Of a stretch of 64,000 nt of DNA, positions 1-9,500 are shown piece after piece (position 1 is the first letter of the stretch; each line of letters begins with the position of its first letter). Below the pieces are notes generated by a model, which saw nothing but the letters and a program-made list of their open reading frames with translations, made no database searches and was not told where the DNA came from. A program made the translations under genes and the position numbers. Origin of the DNA: Bacteroidales bacterium (lineage in GTDB: Bacteria > Bacteroidota > Bacteroidia > Bacteroidales > UBA932); contig JAGCXV010000003.1 of NCBI GenBank assembly GCA_017961175.1, forward strand, positions 16,387 through 80,386, in the 5' to 3' direction.

Positions 1-1717
1 ATGGAAAATCAACCGGAACCGATCTTGTTTCAGACTTGTAACGGCCTTCAGAATGAATGTTCTCGATAATCGGCTTGAGATATATCCTGTCCTCTGTGGT
101 CTGCATCTGGCTCTCGAATTGCATAGTTATGCTGCAGTCCGGAGTATATTCATCCATGTTCTTGGCAGTCATATCAACAACCGTGTAGGAATTGTTCTTT
201 TCAAAAACGGCGTAAAGTTTCTCTTTCTCGTCGTATGACTTGTAAAATTCCTTAAGATACATTGACTCTTCTCCGATGGCTTCTATCTTCATTGTGCCCG
301 TTAGCAGACCATCCTCATCAAGTTTAGCCTGAACATTGTACGAGGTCTGGTTCTTTGTCAGGGATGTAAGGTCTATCCATGGCCTGATACTCTGTTCCTT
401 GACAATTTGCCTGGCTTTAGGCACCAGATAAGTATATGGAAAGATATTGACATATCCGGAAGAGAAAGCCGCATCGAGCATCAGGACATCTCCCTTGTCT
501 GATGCAACCTTTAGAATAAAAGTGTCAAACGCATCCAACGCAATGTGGAAATCCTGAAGTTCGCCTCTGGTGCGAAGCTTGACAGTAACCGGCGTAACGG
601 AAAAACCTGCATACTTCAAAGCGCTTCCTACCAGAGCATTTATGTCTGCATTGCTTCCGGAAGATTCTTTGAGGACAGAAGATGCTGACTTTGGAACCAG
701 CCTTATTTTCTTGTTCCATTTAACTTTTTGGGTCACGATATTGCGTATAGCTACAACTTTCTCCAGAAAAGGCTTGTCTGATTTCTTTATAGGATCAACC
801 TCATCCTTGAACTTGCAGCCGGAATTCAGTTCACTGAATATGTCGCTCTCCATTATGCGCTTGTCCACATCTGACCACTGGTAAGCCACTGTCTTGGGAA
901 CTTGGCCCGGCAGACGTAATGCTGCAAGCTCGTATGAAACGGCGCTATAGAACTGGCTGATACAGTAGACATTTCCCTCCGCCTTCAGAGCAGGGATGTT
1001 GACAGCCCTGTAATTGTTCTGGAGTGAATTGTAATCCGCATATTTTCCCGCTCCCAGGACGAGTCTGCTAGTCTCGTATGACTGGTTATAGGAATAGAGT
1101 TTGAGTCCTTGGCTCATAGCATTGAAAACCAGCCATTCCGGATACGTTACCTTAGCTTCCGCACAATTGACCGGAATACTGCCCTGAAAAGTGATGTCAC
1201 CGATATCCCAGTAATGCTTGTTTAGCCTTTCGTATGTTACCTCTATTACTGAACCCACCTTCACGTTTTGGGCTGAAAAACTGATTCTCTTGGCATTCTC
1301 GGAATACTTCTGGTCAAAAATAAACTCCTTTCCCATCTTGGTCTTAACCACCTTGCCGTTTTCCCAATTGTATGTAGTTACCTTGATATCCTGAATCTTC
1401 TCGCTCATCTCCCCGTCGGTACGGTAAATAATTTCAAAGTCTCCGATGTTCTTGGCGGTTTCCTTAAGAACCTTGAATCTGTAACGGTTAATCTTTTTCA
1501 GGAAGAAATCGAATCCTGGAGAAACATATACTGTCCTGGTGAGCTCCTTGTAGATGACAACAGCGGCCGCAGAAGTATCCCGAGGATAAGATGTCATCTT
1601 CACCTCTTCTTCTGACACGGCGTCGAACTTTGGGTTGAACTTGATATCCTGCCCCTTAATGGAAGAAAAAGGAAGGACTGCAAGAAGCAGCACGGCAAAC
1701 AAACAAAACCGTTTCAT
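1..1717 (-). CDS. Secreted DUF3857 / transglutaminase-like / DUF3858-type protein, C-terminal end cut by window edge
   Basis: Not in the ORF track because it runs off the window. Hand translation from the ATG at 1717 is open down to position 2. It starts MKRFCLFAVLLLAVLPFSS (signal peptide). The segment GSNADINALVGSALKYAGF sits where a transglutaminase core would be, but no Cys is present. The family call is from overall resemblance only. Confidence 0.45.
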   Translation of the reverse strand, partial: MKRFCLFAVLLLAVLPFSSIKGQDIKFNPKFDAVSEEEVKMTSYPRDTSAAAVVIYKELTRTVYVSPGFDFFLKKINRYRFKVLKETAKNIGDFEIIYRTDGEMSEKIQDIKVTTYNWENGKVVKTKMGKEFIFDQKYSENAKRISFSAQNVKVGSVIEVTYERLNKHYWDIGDITFQGSIPVNCAEAKVTYPEWLVFNAMSQGLKLYSYNQSYETSRLVLGAGKYADYNSLQNNYRAVNIPALKAEGNVYCISQFYSAVSYELAALRLPGQVPKTVAYQWSDVDKRIMESDIFSELNSGCKFKDEVDPIKKSDKPFLEKVVAIRNIVTQKVKWNKKIRLVPKSASSVLKESSGSNADINALVGSALKYAGFSVTPVTVKLRTRGELQDFHIALDAFDTFILKVASDKGDVLMLDAAFSSGYVNIFPYTYLVPKARQIVKEQSIRPWIDLTSLTKNQTSYNVQAKLDEDGLLTGTMKIEAIGEESMYLKEFYKSYDEKEKLYAVFEKNNSYTVVDMTAKNMDEYTPDCSITMQFESQMQTTEDRIYLKPIIENIHSEGRYKSETRSVPVDFP

Positions 1718-1725
1718 AATTTATA

Positions 1726-2952
1726 TTAATATAACACTTTGTCTATGAAAGGAGTGTGATGGAAATACGGGATGAATCCCAGTTCCATCACTTTTTTCGT
1801 CACGATGAAGGCAGCTTTCTTGCCCACGGTAATGGACCCTGCCACATCCTCGCAACCCATAGCGCATGCGGCGTTAATGGTGCAGGCATTGAAGCTTTCC
1901 TGTGGTGTAAGCCTCATCTTTATGCAGCCCAGAGCCATCACGAACCTCATGTCGCAAGACGGGGAAGATCCTGGATTGCAGTCGGATGCGAGTGCAACAG
2001 GGAGACCTGCCTTCACATAGTCCCTGGCTCTGCCGTATGGCATTCCCAGGAAGAAGGATGCGCCAGGAAGCATCAGCGGTATAGTGTCCGAATTCCTGAG
2101 GACTTCCATTTCCACATCCGTTGTCCTTTCCAAATGGTCCACTGATACAGCGTTGTACTTAACCCCTACCTGCACTCCGCCGGAGACCGCAAGCTCGTTG
2201 GCGTGGATCTTAGGCCTCATCCCATATTGCATTCCAGCCTTTAAAATACGGTCTGTCTGCTCTACGGTAAAGAAACCCTCATCGCAGAAGACATCTACGA
2301 AATCTGCCAGCTTTTCTGAGGCTACAGCGGGTATCATCTCCTTGCAGACAAGGTCTACATATTCCTCCTGCCGTCCGGCATATTCCCTTCCCACTGCGTG
2401 AGCTCCAAGGAAGGTGGATTTTATAGTTACAGGATATTTCTCCCTCAGCTTCTTTATAACGCGGAGCATCTTGAGCTCGTCCTCAGTCCTGAGGCCGTAT
2501 CCGCTCTTGATCTCCATGGTGAGAGTGCCCTTGGATATCATTTCCTCAAGCCTCTGGGATGCCTGAAGGAAGAGTTCTTCCTCGCTTGTATTATGCAGAA
2601 GGTCAGCGGAATTCAGAATTCCGCCACCTCGCTTTGCTATCTCTTCGTAACTCAGGCCGTTTATCTTGTCCACAAACTCCTGCTGGCGGTCTCCGGCATA
2701 TACAATGTGGGTATGCGCATCGCAGAAGGCCGGCAGGAGCATCTTGCCGGAAAGGTCCATCATCTCCGTTCCGGATGAAATCTCTCCCAAAGAATCCATC
2801 GGCCCGAAGGAATCTATCTTTCCGTCACGCACAAGCAGCCAGGCATTGTCCAGGGTCTGGACCCCGTCCATTTCCTTGCCGCAGAGTTTCCTGACTCCCT
2901 GAGGCAAAATGCCTACAATCCGTCCTATGTTTACAAAGAGTCTGTCTTTCAT
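1726..2952 (-). CDS. hutI: Imidazolonepropionase
   Basis: 408 aa amidohydrolase fold with DAHTHIVYAG and HANEL motifs. Last gene of a same-strand hut cluster. Confidence 0.9.
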   Translation of the reverse strand: MKDRLFVNIGRIVGILPQGVRKLCGKEMDGVQTLDNAWLLVRDGKIDSFGPMDSLGEISSGTEMMDLSGKMLLPAFCDAHTHIVYAGDRQQEFVDKINGLSYEEIAKRGGGILNSADLLHNTSEEELFLQASQRLEEMISKGTLTMEIKSGYGLRTEDELKMLRVIKKLREKYPVTIKSTFLGAHAVGREYAGRQEEYVDLVCKEMIPAVASEKLADFVDVFCDEGFFTVEQTDRILKAGMQYGMRPKIHANELAVSGGVQVGVKYNAVSVDHLERTTDVEMEVLRNSDTIPLMLPGASFFLGMPYGRARDYVKAGLPVALASDCNPGSSPSCDMRFVMALGCIKMRLTPQESFNACTINAACAMGCEDVAGSITVGKKAAFIVTKKVMELGFIPYFHHTPFIDKVLY

Positions 2953-2954
2953 AA

Positions 2955-4439
2955 TTACTTTCTCAAGAATTCCACGGACTTTTCCATCAAAGGATGCATA
3001 TACGCATCTTTCTCAAGGAAAGGCACTTCCTTGCGGTAATCAGCCAAAATGCCTTCAATGGCAGGAGAGGAAACGGTGCCGGAAATCCTATGCCTCAGAT
3101 CCAGAGCCTGGGCGGCGTTGAAGAGCTCGATTGCGAGCACCCTTTCCGTGTTCTCCACAACCCTGACAAGTTTGGTAGCTGCATTCGCTCCCATGCTCAC
3201 GTGATCCTCCTGGCCCTGTGAAGACGGGATGGAGTCAGCAGACGCTGGCCAGCACAGTCCCTTGTTCTGGCTCACGATGGATGCGGCCGTGTACTGCGGA
3301 ATCATGAATCCGCTGTTAAGTCCGCTGTCCGGGGCCAGGAACTGAGGAAGCCCCCTCTGTCCTGAAATAAGACGGTATGTCCTTCTTTCAGAGATGTTTG
3401 CAAGTTCACTCATCGCAATTGCAAGGGTGTCCATCGGTATCGCGATAGGCTCTCCGTGGAAGTTTCCTGCGGAGATTATCATATCCTCGTCAGGGAAAAC
3501 GTTAGGATTGTCCGTTGCACTGTTTATCTCGTTGTCTATTACGCTTTCCACATAGTGGATATTGTCCTTGACTGCACCGTGAACCTGCGGAATGCAGCGG
3601 AAAGAGTAAGGATCCTGCACGTGCTTCTTCGGCATGGAAATCAGCTTGCTTCCTTCCAGCAGGCCCATAAACCTTTCTGCAGTCAGTATCTGTCCCTGAT
3701 GTCTTCTAAGCCTGTGAGTCAGAGGATAGAACGGCTCAATCCTTCCGTCATATGCCTCCAGGCTCATAGCCCCTATCCTGTCTGCCCAAAGACTCAGCCT
3801 ATGGCACTGGATAAGAGACCGTACGGCATGAGCGCTCATGAACTGCGTTCCGTTCAGAAGGGCAAGTCCCTCCTTGCTCTGAAGCCTGATAGGCTCCCAT
3901 CCCATAATGCCCAGCACCTCTGCACTTGGCATTGTCTTTCCCTTGTAAACCACCTCTCCGAGTCCAAGCAGAGGAAGAGCCAGATGAGCCAGCGGAGCCA
4001 GGTCTCCGGAAGCCCCCAGAGAGCCCTGCTGATAAATAACCGGCAGGATATCCGCGTTGAACATATCTATCAGCCTCTGCACCGTAACAAGCTGTGCTCC
4101 AGAATGTCCGTAAGACAGGCACTGCACTTTCAGAAGAAGCATCAGCTTCACAATCTCAGGCCTTACCTTCTCTCCAAAGCCGCATGCGTGGCTTACAACC
4201 AGATTGTACTGCAGCTGGCTAAGCTGGTCTTCAGGAATGGTAACATTGCAGAGGGAACCGAAGCCCGTTGTAACTCCATACACCGGCCTTCCTATGTCCT
4301 CCATCTTGCTGTCCAGATACTTGCGGCATTTGATTATCGCCTCCTCAGCCTCCCGGCTAAGGCTCAGCGTCATTTTGTTGTCTATTATTTCCTTGATTCT
4401 CTCCAGGGAGAGATGCTCAAAAGATATCTTGTGTTCCAT
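2955..4439 (-). CDS. hutH: Histidine ammonia-lyase
   Basis: 494 aa. The MIO-forming motif GSLGASGDLAPLAHL is present. Lies 2 nt from hutI. Confidence 0.92.
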   Translation of the reverse strand: MEHKISFEHLSLERIKEIIDNKMTLSLSREAEEAIIKCRKYLDSKMEDIGRPVYGVTTGFGSLCNVTIPEDQLSQLQYNLVVSHACGFGEKVRPEIVKLMLLLKVQCLSYGHSGAQLVTVQRLIDMFNADILPVIYQQGSLGASGDLAPLAHLALPLLGLGEVVYKGKTMPSAEVLGIMGWEPIRLQSKEGLALLNGTQFMSAHAVRSLIQCHRLSLWADRIGAMSLEAYDGRIEPFYPLTHRLRRHQGQILTAERFMGLLEGSKLISMPKKHVQDPYSFRCIPQVHGAVKDNIHYVESVIDNEINSATDNPNVFPDEDMIISAGNFHGEPIAIPMDTLAIAMSELANISERRTYRLISGQRGLPQFLAPDSGLNSGFMIPQYTAASIVSQNKGLCWPASADSIPSSQGQEDHVSMGANAATKLVRVVENTERVLAIELFNAAQALDLRHRISGTVSSPAIEGILADYRKEVPFLEKDAYMHPLMEKSVEFLRK

Positions 4440-4447
4440 AAACCGTT

Positions 4448-6472
4448 TTAATGATTATTCAAAGCTTGTTCTATAATGGAATCATCTGCATGGTTAGGCA
4501 TTGTAACCTTCAGGGATGGAGTGCGGTCCATCTCCCTGCGGATTGCATCCTCGGCACCCTTGTTACGTGCCCAGCTGCGCCTTGCAATTCCGTTGTTGAC
4601 ATCCCAGTGAAGCATTTCCCTGATATGCCTTGCGGAATCATCGGTGCCTTCCACAACCATTCCGAAGCCTCCGTTGATAACTTCTCCCCAGCCTACTCCG
4701 CCACCGTTATGGATTGATACCCAGGTAGCTCCGCGGAAGCCGTCTCCAATTACGTTCTGCACGGCCATATCTGCTGTGAACTGGCTGCCGTCATAAATGT
4801 TGGAAGTCTCGCGGAACGGAGAGTCTGTTCCTGAAACATCGTGATGATCCCTTCCAAGAACTATAGGAGCCTTGATTTCCCCCTTCCTTATGGCTTCGTT
4901 GAACTTGAGGGCGATTGTGGTTCTTCCGATTGCGTCTGCATAAAGGATTCTCGCCTGGGAGCCTACTACAAGGTTATTTCTGCCGGCTTCCTCAATCCAG
5001 TGGATGTTGTCCAGCATCTGCATCTTGATGTCGTCCGTTGCTGTCTTAGACTCTTCCAGAAGAGCCTCTACTGCAAGGGCGTCGCTCTTCGCAAGGTCCT
5101 CAGGATCCTCGCTCATGCAGACCCAGCGGAACGGGCCGAATCCGTAATCAAAATAGAGAGGGCCCATGATATCCTGAACGTAAGAAGGATAACGGAATGT
5201 GCCGTCTGCCTTCATAACGTCTGCCCCGGCCCTTGAAGACTCAAGCAGGAACGCGTTGCCGTAGTCGAAGAAATACATACCCCTGTCGTTAAGGCGGTTG
5301 ATTGCGGCAATCTGCCTTCTCAGCGATGCCTGCACCGCTTCCTTGAACTTCTCAGGCTCTTCCGCCATCATCCTCTGCGATTCCTCAAGAGAATATCCAA
5401 CAGGATAATAGCCTCCTGCCCATGGGTTATGGAGCGATGTCTGGTCAGAGCCAATATCTACCTTAATATTGTCATCGGCGAGCCTTTCCCAGAGGTCAAC
5501 GATGTTGCCTACGTACGCAAGGGAAACTGTTTCCCTGCCTTCAGTGGCTTTCCTTATCCTCTGTATCAGTTCGTCCAGATTGTCGTGGAGCTCATCCACC
5601 CATCCCTGGTCATAGCGCTTTCTTGCCGCCTTTGGATTTATCTCGGCAGTAACACTGACAACGCCAGCGATGTTGCCGGCCTTTGGCTGGGCTCCGCTCA
5701 TTCCGCCCAGTCCTGCGGTAACGAAGAGCATTCCGGCCATATTCTCCCTCGTGCCTTCTATTCCCCTCTTCTTGAGCTGCATACGGGCAGCGTTCATAAC
5801 TGTTATTGTGGTTCCGTGAACGATTCCCTGCGGGCCTATGTACATATAGGAACCGGCCGTCATCTGGCCGTACTGTGATACTCCAAGGGCATTGAATCTC
5901 TCCCAGTCGTCCGGCTTGGAGTAGTTAGGAATCACCATTCCGTTGGTTACGACCACTCTCGGAGCATCCTTGTGGCTCGGGAAAAGCCCCATCGGATGAC
6001 CTGAATACATACTGAGGGTCTGCTCCTCTGTCATTGTAGCAAGATACTGCATTGCAAGCCTGTACTGGGCCCAGTTCTGGAAAATGGCCCCGTTTCCGCC
6101 GTAGATGATAAGTTCGTGAGGATGCTGGGCAACCCTCTCGTCCAGATTGTTCTGGATCATGGCCATAATGGCCGCGGCCTGGCGGCACTTGCAAGGATAC
6201 TCGTCTATCGGCCTTGCATATATCTTGTAATCAGGGCGGAAGCGGTACATATAGATTCTTCCGTAGTCCTTGAGTTCCTTGGCAAACTCAGGTGCCAGGG
6301 TGGCGTGGAACTCCTTCGGGAAATACCTCAGGGCGTTTCTGAGCGCCAGCTTTTTCTGCTCCGGAGTAAGGATGTCCTTGCGCTTGGGAGCATGGTTTAT
6401 GTTCTTGTCATAAGGTTTCGGCTCCGGCAAAACGGATGGTATTCCGGCCAGTATCTCTTCCTTGAATGTCAT
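4448..6472 (-). CDS. hutU: Urocanate hydratase (long Bacteroidota-type form)
   Basis: 674 aa with a GLGGMSGAQP NAD-site motif and urocanase-like sequence throughout. Confidence 0.9.
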   Translation of the reverse strand: MTFKEEILAGIPSVLPEPKPYDKNINHAPKRKDILTPEQKKLALRNALRYFPKEFHATLAPEFAKELKDYGRIYMYRFRPDYKIYARPIDEYPCKCRQAAAIMAMIQNNLDERVAQHPHELIIYGGNGAIFQNWAQYRLAMQYLATMTEEQTLSMYSGHPMGLFPSHKDAPRVVVTNGMVIPNYSKPDDWERFNALGVSQYGQMTAGSYMYIGPQGIVHGTTITVMNAARMQLKKRGIEGTRENMAGMLFVTAGLGGMSGAQPKAGNIAGVVSVTAEINPKAARKRYDQGWVDELHDNLDELIQRIRKATEGRETVSLAYVGNIVDLWERLADDNIKVDIGSDQTSLHNPWAGGYYPVGYSLEESQRMMAEEPEKFKEAVQASLRRQIAAINRLNDRGMYFFDYGNAFLLESSRAGADVMKADGTFRYPSYVQDIMGPLYFDYGFGPFRWVCMSEDPEDLAKSDALAVEALLEESKTATDDIKMQMLDNIHWIEEAGRNNLVVGSQARILYADAIGRTTIALKFNEAIRKGEIKAPIVLGRDHHDVSGTDSPFRETSNIYDGSQFTADMAVQNVIGDGFRGATWVSIHNGGGVGWGEVINGGFGMVVEGTDDSARHIREMLHWDVNNGIARRSWARNKGAEDAIRREMDRTPSLKVTMPNHADDSIIEQALNNH

Positions 6473-6488
6473 AGTATCTTGTTTATAA

Positions 6489-8198
6489 TTAACCCCTTAT
6501 CTTTTCTTCTACTATCTCCAGGATCTTCTTTTCCTCAGCGACAGCCTCAGCCGTGATCCTGTCTGCCTCGTTCATCAGTTCCTCTGCCTTCATCCTGTCT
6601 TTCAGGCCTTCGGCGTTGATGTGGACGTTGAGCCTTGCACCCATTACCGCACCCCTGGCTGCGATTGCGGCAACGCCGGCATCCGAAACGGAGTTAGGAT
6701 TTCCCTCTGATGCCATCGAGGAGGCAACTTCAAATACCTTGAAAGCAGTTTTGAGCGTTCTCAGAGGCACTTGTGTAGCATAAAGGGTAGCGGCTTCCAT
6801 TGCGGCAGCTCTTGCTTCCTTCTCTTCCGGTGTGCCCTTTGGCATTGAGAACACGTCCATTATCTTGTTGAATGCCGCGGTGTCTTCATCCACCAGAGCA
6901 ATCAGCTCGTTCATAAGGGCATTCCCCTTTTCTGCCCAGTCTGAGAACTCCTTCCAGCGGTCATCCCAACCCCTCTTGTGGGAAGACAGGTTTGCCACCA
7001 TCGTGGAAAGGGCTGCTCCCAGAGCTCCCATATATGCGGCAATGCTTCCGCCTCCAGGTGCAGGAGACTCACTTGCCGTCTCCACTGCAAAGTCCTTGCA
7101 GGTCATTCTCACAAGCCTCTCTTTCACAGCCATCTCCTTAGGGTCTTCCATCAGGAATTCTATCACCTTCTCGTGCGGGTTGAACGGCTTGAGGTCGTCC
7201 AGGCTCATGCTCTTTACCGCAATCTTCAGTATCTCGTCTTCGGAGATACCGAGAGATCTCTGCTGTTTCTCCAGATAGAACTTGCCGGCATCTATCAGAA
7301 CTCGCTTCGGCACCAGGCCCACAATCTCGGTTCCGGTAACCTTCAGGCCTCTTGCAGCTGCGGCGCGGCAAACTTCCTCATATGCCTTGTGAAGCGGAGT
7401 TGCCTCTATGTCAGTTATGTTCATGGATACCTGCGCAATGCCGTATTCGTCTATGTACCAGCCGATAGCCTTGCAACCCTTAAGGGTTCCAGGCTGCCAC
7501 AGGTCATTTCCGTTTTCATCCTTGAGCACCTTGCCGGTAAGGCTTCCGCCCTCACGCATCTTCCTTCCCTTCTCCCTGACGTCAAATGCCACGGCCATAG
7601 CCCTTCTTGTAGAAGTTGTATTAAGGTTATAGTTTACTGCGACAAGGAAATTCCTTGCTCCAACGTTGATGGCGCCGCTCTTTGCAACCACATCTGTATA
7701 TGCTCCAGGTCCGAAGTCCGGCATTCTGGCCGGGTCTACAACCTTCTCAGGCAGAGCCTCATACTCGCCGGCACGGCAAACAGCGAGGTTCTTCCTCTCA
7801 GGCTTGAATGCAGCGGCCTCATAGCAGTAGCAAGGTATCTGCTGCTCTTCAAAGATTCTCTTTGCCAAAGCCCTGGCCAGTTCTGCACACTCCTCCAGGG
7901 TAATGCCGGAAACCGGAATCAAAGGCAGCACGTCAGTTGCGCCGGACCTTGGGTGAGCTCCCTTGTGCACCCGCATGTCTATGAGTTCCGCAGCTTTCTT
8001 AACGCCCTGGAACGCAGCCTCTACCACATCCTCCGGACTTCCCACGAAGGTAACCACGGTACGGTTGGTGGCTTCTCCCGGATCCACGTCCAGAACCTTT
8101 ACTCCTTTTATCGCTGCAATCGCAGCAACTATCTTGTCAATAACTTCCCTGTTGCGCCCTTCGCTGAAATTGGGCACACATTCAATTATTCTTTTCAT
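6489..8198 (-). CDS. ftcD: Bifunctional glutamate formimidoyltransferase / formimidoyltetrahydrofolate cyclodeaminase
   Basis: 569 aa. N-terminal ECVPNFSEGR formiminotransferase signature. The C-terminal roughly 200 aa carry the cyclodeaminase motif SPAPGGGSIAAYMGALGAA. Confidence 0.85.
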   Translation of the reverse strand: MKRIIECVPNFSEGRNREVIDKIVAAIAAIKGVKVLDVDPGEATNRTVVTFVGSPEDVVEAAFQGVKKAAELIDMRVHKGAHPRSGATDVLPLIPVSGITLEECAELARALAKRIFEEQQIPCYCYEAAAFKPERKNLAVCRAGEYEALPEKVVDPARMPDFGPGAYTDVVAKSGAINVGARNFLVAVNYNLNTTSTRRAMAVAFDVREKGRKMREGGSLTGKVLKDENGNDLWQPGTLKGCKAIGWYIDEYGIAQVSMNITDIEATPLHKAYEEVCRAAAARGLKVTGTEIVGLVPKRVLIDAGKFYLEKQQRSLGISEDEILKIAVKSMSLDDLKPFNPHEKVIEFLMEDPKEMAVKERLVRMTCKDFAVETASESPAPGGGSIAAYMGALGAALSTMVANLSSHKRGWDDRWKEFSDWAEKGNALMNELIALVDEDTAAFNKIMDVFSMPKGTPEEKEARAAAMEAATLYATQVPLRTLKTAFKVFEVASSMASEGNPNSVSDAGVAAIAARGAVMGARLNVHINAEGLKDRMKAEELMNEADRITAEAVAEEKKILEIVEEKIRG

Positions 8199-8201
8199 AT
8201 T

Positions 8202-8247
8202 AAACCAAAATCAATTAATCGTTTAAAGATACGAATAATTTTGGTTT
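8202..8247 (-). promoter_or_regulatory. 10-bp perfect inverted repeat (AAACCAAAAT / ATTTTGGTTT, 26-nt loop) between the lysO-like stop and the ftcD start
   Basis: Read directly. Arms are at 8202-8211 and 8238-8247. On the minus transcript the 3' arm ends 3 nt before the ftcD ATG. Function unknown (terminator, attenuator or translational element). Confidence 0.3.
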
Positions 8248-9203
8248 TACATTAAAAAGAATGTCAAAAGGAAAGGAACGGCGATATTAATCACGATGCC
8301 GAAGTACAGGACTGCCGGCAGAATGCCGTTTCCTTCGGCTTTAAGGATAATAGGAAGGCTTGTGTCCGTAACCGTCGCCCCGCCGCTGGCAGTTGAGGCA
8401 AACCTTCCGAACACCCTCCCCAACGGCTTGGCGCAAACAATCGTGAAGAGTTCCCTCATAAGGTTTGTCAGAAGGCAGATTGATCCTATGGTTGCGCCCC
8501 AGGCCTTGGTAGTCAATATAGAAGAAAGGGAATAGTATCCCATCGCGGTATTAATGGTTGCACTTTGCTGCAAAGACAGGTCATAGCCCAAAGCCTTGAT
8601 GACCAGATAAGCTGCCACAGAGCCAATCCAGGTTCCTGCAAGCGCAACCAGCGGAAGCCACAAAACACGTCTTGGAACCTTCTTCACCAGGGCAAGGATA
8701 CTGTCCCCCATCCCGATATTTATTCCCACAGACAGCAGCATAGCATACAGAACCCAGTCTGCATAAGACTCAAAGTCAAGAGCATAGAAAGCATCCGGCA
8801 GAATCCTTGTCAGCGCCAGAACCAGTCCCAGCACAAAGCATCCCAGAATGATTGCACTGTCCTTGAACCCGCTTCCCCCGCCTTCGGAAATCGCCTCTTC
8901 CGTGATATCCTGTTCACTCTCAGCAGAGTCTTTGCTTTTTTTACGGTCTATCACATACTTGGTAAAAAGCCAGGTAAAGACAATGCAAGTGCCTGTTCCC
9001 AGCACAAAAAGAATCGCCGAGATAACTCCCGTTGACTTGATCGCCCCGATGATTTCTTCATTCAGCCCCACTCTCACTCCCATGACAAACAGCAGGATGC
9101 AGACGGTTGCCATCACAACGGCTGAAACCCATTTGCCGTTGTGCCCCCGGAGGAACATCCCCACGATTATACCGAATATCAGAAGCCCGAGAGTGATAAG
9201 CAT
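8247..9203 (-). CDS. LysO-family (DUF340) membrane protein, putative basic amino acid exporter
   Basis: 318 aa polytopic membrane protein. Two hydrophobic blocks are separated by a charged linker (RKKSKDSAESEQDITEE). Family assigned by resemblance. Confidence 0.5.
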   Translation of the reverse strand: MLITLGLLIFGIIVGMFLRGHNGKWVSAVVMATVCILLFVMGVRVGLNEEIIGAIKSTGVISAILFVLGTGTCIVFTWLFTKYVIDRKKSKDSAESEQDITEEAISEGGGSGFKDSAIILGCFVLGLVLALTRILPDAFYALDFESYADWVLYAMLLSVGINIGMGDSILALVKKVPRRVLWLPLVALAGTWIGSVAAYLVIKALGYDLSLQQSATINTAMGYYSLSSILTTKAWGATIGSICLLTNLMRELFTIVCAKPLGRVFGRFASTASGGATVTDTSLPIILKAEGNGILPAVLYFGIVINIAVPFLLTFFLM

Positions 9204-9217
9204 ACGCTACAAATATA

Positions 9218-9451
9218 TTAACATTTCTCTACGACAAGTTCCGCCGAGCCCTCCTCCAGGGAATTATACATATCCAAATGAAAGTGGCAGCCCGGCGTTT
9301 CATCAGCCAATGTCCTAAGGTTATTTGCCAAAGACAGCAAACCTTCTCTGTTAGCGGATATAACCACCTGCCTGCCTTCATTCTTGACGGCGATCATAAA
9401 ACCGTCTTCCCATTTTAAATCCATAACCCGATTTTTTTCAAAGATAATCAT
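9218..9451 (-). CDS. Small Imm32-like immunity-family protein
   Basis: 77 aa. The pattern ANREGLLSLANNLRTLA...CHFHLD...EEGSAELVVEK resembles the Imm32 family. No toxin gene is adjacent. Confidence 0.4.
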   Translation of the reverse strand: MIIFEKNRVMDLKWEDGFMIAVKNEGRQVVISANREGLLSLANNLRTLADETPGCHFHLDMYNSLEEGSAELVVEKC

Positions 9452-9500
9452 TATTAAACTTCAAAGCAGTTTTCTTACCTTTATAAAAATTTCAGATGCT

